A stretch of 64,000 nucleotides of DNA from positions 1,873-65,872 of the forward strand of contig JACPQC010000005.1 in assembly GCA_016190695.1 (NCBI GenBank). Direction: 5' to 3'. Origin of the DNA: Chloroflexota bacterium (GTDB taxonomy: Bacteria > Chloroflexota > Dehalococcoidia > Dehalococcoidales > RBG-16-60-22). The notes under the pieces are model-generated. The model was not told the DNA's origin and did not search any database. It worked only from the letters and a program-made list of their open reading frames with translations. This document shows positions 60,696-64,000 of this stretch, in pieces (the stretch's first letter is position 1; each line of letters opens with the position of its first letter). Both the position numbers and the translations under genes were made by a program.

Positions 60696-61526
60696 ATGAC
60701 TCTTGCCTTTATGGTGCAATATCTCTGGCTCGTACCCCTGGGACTGGTTGTTGGCGCTTATGGCACCCTCATAGGCGCGGGAGGCGGCTTCGTCCTGGTG
60801 CCGGTGCTACTGCTGCTCTATCCTGATGAAAGCCCGCAGCTCATCACCACCATATCCCTGGCCGTGGTCTTTTTCAACTCCCTCTCCGGTTCCTTGGCCT
60901 ATGGAAGGATGGGGCACATTGACTACCGGTCAGGACTGCTTTTTGCCAGCACCGCGGTCCCCGGCGCCGTCCTGGGCGCATTGACCACAAGCTACCTGCC
61001 GCGCGGCCTGTTCGACCTTATCTTCGCCCTCTTCATGCTCATATCCTCGGTCTTCCTGATATTGCGCTCAGGGGGAAGAGGGAAAGACGGCAAGAGAGTT
61101 TCCGGTCGGCACATCAGCCGCCGCCTGGTTAATACCGATGGCATCGAATATGTCTTCTCCTACAACCCCGTCACCGGGATGGTGATGAGCTTCTTCATCG
61201 GCTACATATCCAGCCTGCTGGGCATCGGCGGCGGCATCGTTCAGGTCCCCACCTTGATTCACCTCTTGAACTTCCCGGTCCCCATAGCCACGGCGACATC
61301 GCAGTTCGTCCTGGCCATCATGTCCCTCACCGGGACCGGCGTGCACGCAGCTGCGGGCGTATTCGTACACGGCATCCGCCGGACGATCGCCCTGGCCATC
61401 GGCGTCTTGCTGGGCGCCCAGTTCGGGGCATGGTTGTCCCGCCGCCTTAACGAGGAGTGGATCATCCGCAGCCTGGCCATTGCGCTGGGCTTCGTGGGGG
61501 TGAGAATATTGCTCAACGCCCTGTAG
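60696..61526 (+). CDS. TauE/SafE-family sulfite exporter
   Basis: GAGGGFVLVP and LLGIGGG repeats, ATATS; only the 3' part of the 625-aa ORF is credible. Confidence 0.9.
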   Translation: MTLAFMVQYLWLVPLGLVVGAYGTLIGAGGGFVLVPVLLLLYPDESPQLITTISLAVVFFNSLSGSLAYGRMGHIDYRSGLLFASTAVPGAVLGALTTSYLPRGLFDLIFALFMLISSVFLILRSGGRGKDGKRVSGRHISRRLVNTDGIEYVFSYNPVTGMVMSFFIGYISSLLGIGGGIVQVPTLIHLLNFPVPIATATSQFVLAIMSLTGTGVHAAAGVFVHGIRRTIALAIGVLLGAQFGAWLSRRLNEEWIIRSLAIALGFVGVRILLNAL

Positions 61527-61755
61527 CTCCTCGATCCAGTCCCCCCACGGCCCCGCAATACGAAAAACGGGGGCCTGCGTTCGGATTTGACCTCGCCAGT
61601 GTGAACGCTGAAGTTTTCCACCACTGTCAGACGCAGCATGTTCAAAAGCATGTTCGCCAGCGCACAGGAACGCCGTTGCCTTTTCACCCCGGCGCAGTAT
61701 TATTGGTGACAATTTAGCTGAGGCCGCGCCAAAACCACAAAGGAGACGGATAAGT

Positions 61756-62121
61756 ATGGTGGAGATATCCATATCGGTATGGTGGCTTATCGTTATTGCC
61801 CTGGGCATAATTGCCGTTATCATCCTGATCTGGGAGTACATTATCGAGCCTGTTTTCAACCCCGAGGTCTCCAGGAGCGAAGTAGCCAAAGACTTCATCA
61901 AGAGCGGCATAGTGGACAATCCGTACATAACCGGAGACAAAGTCAAGGACCATGCCAGGGAATTCTTGAACGGGAGCAAGGAAAAGAATAAGCTGACCGA
62001 CAAGGAATGCAAGGAGATCATCACCAAACTGGAGAGCAACAGGGACAAAGAAAGGGAGCCGGGAAGACGCGAGCGGCTCGACAAGGCAATAGAAGGAGCC
62101 AGAGAAGCCAGCCCTCCGTAG
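61756..62121 (+). CDS. Hypothetical single-TM protein
   Basis: SD AAGGAG; N-terminal TM, charged helical C-terminus. Confidence 0.65.
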   Translation: MVEISISVWWLIVIALGIIAVIILIWEYIIEPVFNPEVSRSEVAKDFIKSGIVDNPYITGDKVKDHAREFLNGSKEKNKLTDKECKEIITKLESNRDKEREPGRRERLDKAIEGAREASPP

Positions 62122-62243
62122 ACCGGCCCTTGACTTCGCACAGAGAGGCTGCCCAGGAATATCATGGGAGGGGGCAAAGCAACCGGGGAATCCGTCCCCT
62201 GAACGCAAGAAACGGATATCACTTCGTTCACGTGGAGACTCAG

Positions 62244-62310
62244 TTCACTCTGACGTATTCACTCTGACGTATCGGAACGAGTCGGAACAAGTCGGAACGA
62301 GTGGAACCAG
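62244..62310 (+). repeat. Adjacent tandem repeats (2x14 bp and about 4x10 bp)
   Basis: TTCACTCTGACGTA x2, then TCGGAACGAG TCGGAACAAG TCGGAACGAG TGGAACCAG. Confidence 0.85.
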
Positions 62311-62368
62311 CATGACCACCCTATCATTCTTTGATAGCCTCTGACACAATAAACCTGGTTGGTGTCGA

Positions 62369-63022
62369 TTGGACACAAAGGACGCCAAATACATCCCGGC
62401 CCTTAAATACGACCGACTGACGCCGTTTTATGACCCCCTGCTACGCTGGACCATGAGGGATGTCACCTTCAAACGCCGCCTCATCGAGCAGGCGCGCATC
62501 CAGGCTGGACACAGGGTCCTGGACCTGGGTTGCGGCACTGCCACGTTGACCATTCTCATCAAGAAAGCCCGGCCCCAGGCCGAGGTCTTCGGCATTGACG
62601 TTGATGCCAGGGTCCTTGATATCGCCAGGAGAAAGGTGGCCAGGGAAGGCCTTGACCTGACCCTCCAGCAGGGCAGCGCCTCTTCGCTGCCATATCCTGA
62701 CAATCACTTTGACCGCGTCCTCTCCAGCCTGTTGCTTCACCATCTGACCCGCGAGAACAAGGTTAAGACCCTGGGAGAGGCTTTTCGCGTCCTCCGTCCC
62801 GGCGGCGAACTGCACGTCGCCGACTTCGGCAAGCCGCACAATCCCTTTACCTTTGTGGCCTCACAGGTCATGGTACGGCTTGAGGAGGTATCGGAAAACG
62901 TGGCCGGCCTGCTGCCCGGGATGTTCCGGGAGGCCGGATTCGAGCAGGTCGCGGTGCAGGCGCGCTTTACCACACTGTTCGGCACGCTTTGCCTTTACTC
63001 CGCCCGGAAACCATCCCCATGA
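62369..63022 (+). CDS. Class I SAM-dependent methyltransferase (UbiE-like)
   Basis: VLDLGCGT, LPYPDNHFDRV, RVLRPGG. Confidence 0.88.
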   Translation: MDTKDAKYIPALKYDRLTPFYDPLLRWTMRDVTFKRRLIEQARIQAGHRVLDLGCGTATLTILIKKARPQAEVFGIDVDARVLDIARRKVAREGLDLTLQQGSASSLPYPDNHFDRVLSSLLLHHLTRENKVKTLGEAFRVLRPGGELHVADFGKPHNPFTFVASQVMVRLEEVSENVAGLLPGMFREAGFEQVAVQARFTTLFGTLCLYSARKPSP

Positions 63023-63113
63023 CCTCACAACTATATGGTCCACATAATTTCGACCCCATTTCTGCCCCCGGCTATGATAAAATCATTACTGTCAGTTCAA
63101 TAAGGAGGACGGC

Positions 63114-63320
63114 ATGAGCGTCAAGGTGGTGGACAAGAAGACCGGCAAGGAGACTACGGGCAAGTTCGCCGCGGTAAAAGGAGACAAGATCACTCTGTAC
63201 AGCGGCATCATGTCCTATAAAAAGGGGGGCTGGCGCGGCTGCGGCAAATGCAGCGCTTTCCCGGCAGACAGTGTGACCGTCGCCGCCGATGATCCGGCCA
63301 AAGAGTTGAAACAGGGCTGA
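63114..63320 (+). CDS. Small hypothetical protein with CxxC
   Basis: SD TAAGGAGG; host-like codons; CGKC. Confidence 0.65.
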   Translation: MSVKVVDKKTGKETTGKFAAVKGDKITLYSGIMSYKKGGWRGCGKCSAFPADSVTVAADDPAKELKQG

Positions 63321-63333
63321 GACTTACGGGCGA

Positions 63334-63852
63334 ATGATGAAGCAACCCGGACCACCGGGCGCAAGTCCACCCGGCGCTTCGCCGCGCCTGCCCTGGAGAT
63401 ACGTCCTGCTGCCCCTGGCAGTCTTCCTGCTGTCACTGGCTGTAGCCCTCTCCCTCTATGGCCAGCTCCCCGGAGAAGTGGCCTACCACTTTGACAAAGG
63501 GCAGCCGGACCGCTGGGCCCCCCGGAGCGCGGTGATAGCCCTGCTCCTGGTCCCGCAACTGTTGCTGGTACTGCTGGCCGCGGCCGTGGTCTGGATAGCT
63601 GCCAGGATAAGCGTCTACCTGCCCCAGGGCAAGGCGCTGCCGAGATTGCTGCTCATCATGGGCAACATGGCGCTGCTGCCGCAGCTTATCCTCAGCTTTG
63701 CAATGCTCGAGGTTTTTAGCTACAATCTTTACCGGGCACACTTGATGCCCCTGTGGGCGTTTGCCCTGGCCGTCATGGGGCTGGGGGGAATCGCGCTGGC
63801 ATTCTTCTTCACCCAGGCATGGCGCTCACGGGGGAATCCGGATAAGAGATAG
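63334..63852 (+). CDS. DUF1648-like membrane protein
   Basis: [18 protein letters not shown]; four TM helices. Confidence 0.75.
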   Translation: MMKQPGPPGASPPGASPRLPWRYVLLPLAVFLLSLAVALSLYGQLPGEVAYHFDKGQPDRWAPRSAVIALLLVPQLLLVLLAAAVVWIAARISVYLPQGKALPRLLLIMGNMALLPQLILSFAMLEVFSYNLYRAHLMPLWAFALAVMGLGGIALAFFFTQAWRSRGNPDKR

Positions 63853-63868
63853 GAGCAGAGAGGCTTTA

Positions 63869-64000
63869 ATGGCAGAGCAGGTATTGGGCAAGGCGACTAT
63901 GGAGAAATTGGTCTCTCTCAGTCAGAGACGCGGTTTCATTTTTCAGAGCAGCGAGATTTACGGCGGCCTGTCCAGTTGCTGGGACTACGGCCCCCTGGGA
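63869..64000 (+). CDS. glyS: Glycine--tRNA ligase (alpha2 type), 3'-truncated
   Basis: [34 protein letters not shown]; runs off the window end. Confidence 0.9.
   Translation, partial: MAEQVLGKATMEKLVSLSQRRGFIFQSSEIYGGLSSCWDYGPLG

Noticed and set aside
61647-61667. AGCATGTTC direct repeat (nearby, about 61635-61655) as a LexA box
   Set aside because: The GAAC half of GAAC-N4-GTTC is missing.
62165-62215. GGCAAA...ACGCAA resemblance to a c-di-GMP-I riboswitch
   Set aside because: Lacks the GNRA-capped P2 stem and the downstream GG-CT element; spacing does not fit.
62244-62310. CRISPR array
   Set aside because: Units are 10-14 bp with no spacers, and no cas genes are present.

Overview
GC-rich chromosomal window of an anaerobic bacterium. 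Gene content and protein style suggest Chloroflexota, class Dehalococcoidia (inference). In order: the 3' part of a surface cytochrome c peroxidase/MauG-like gene with Ig-like repeats plus a membrane-anchored surface protein; typA; an AT-rich Gabija (gajAB) defence island; argS; a complete siroheme-dependent (Ahb) heme biosynthesis operon led by an unusual BldC/MerR-like regulator with 10-bp direct repeats upstream; a methylmalonyl-CoA/malic enzyme/fumarase/soluble Sdh-Frd operon punctuated by AT-rich heptameric inverted repeats; tRNA(CAT); cbpA-hspR-clpC; tgt; a ferritin-like/PerR pair; modE-modABC with a ModE box; four tandem EamA paralogs; three toxin-antitoxin loci (orphan AbrB, dead hicBA, intact vapBC); a tRNA nucleotidyltransferase, ruvX, dnaJ, gpsA, der, argF; and the start of glyS. 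Many intergenic regions carry REP-like palindromes, some inside MITE-like terminal inverted repeats. No CRISPR array, rRNA, transposase or integrase was seen. All calls come from reading motifs by eye; no searches were run.
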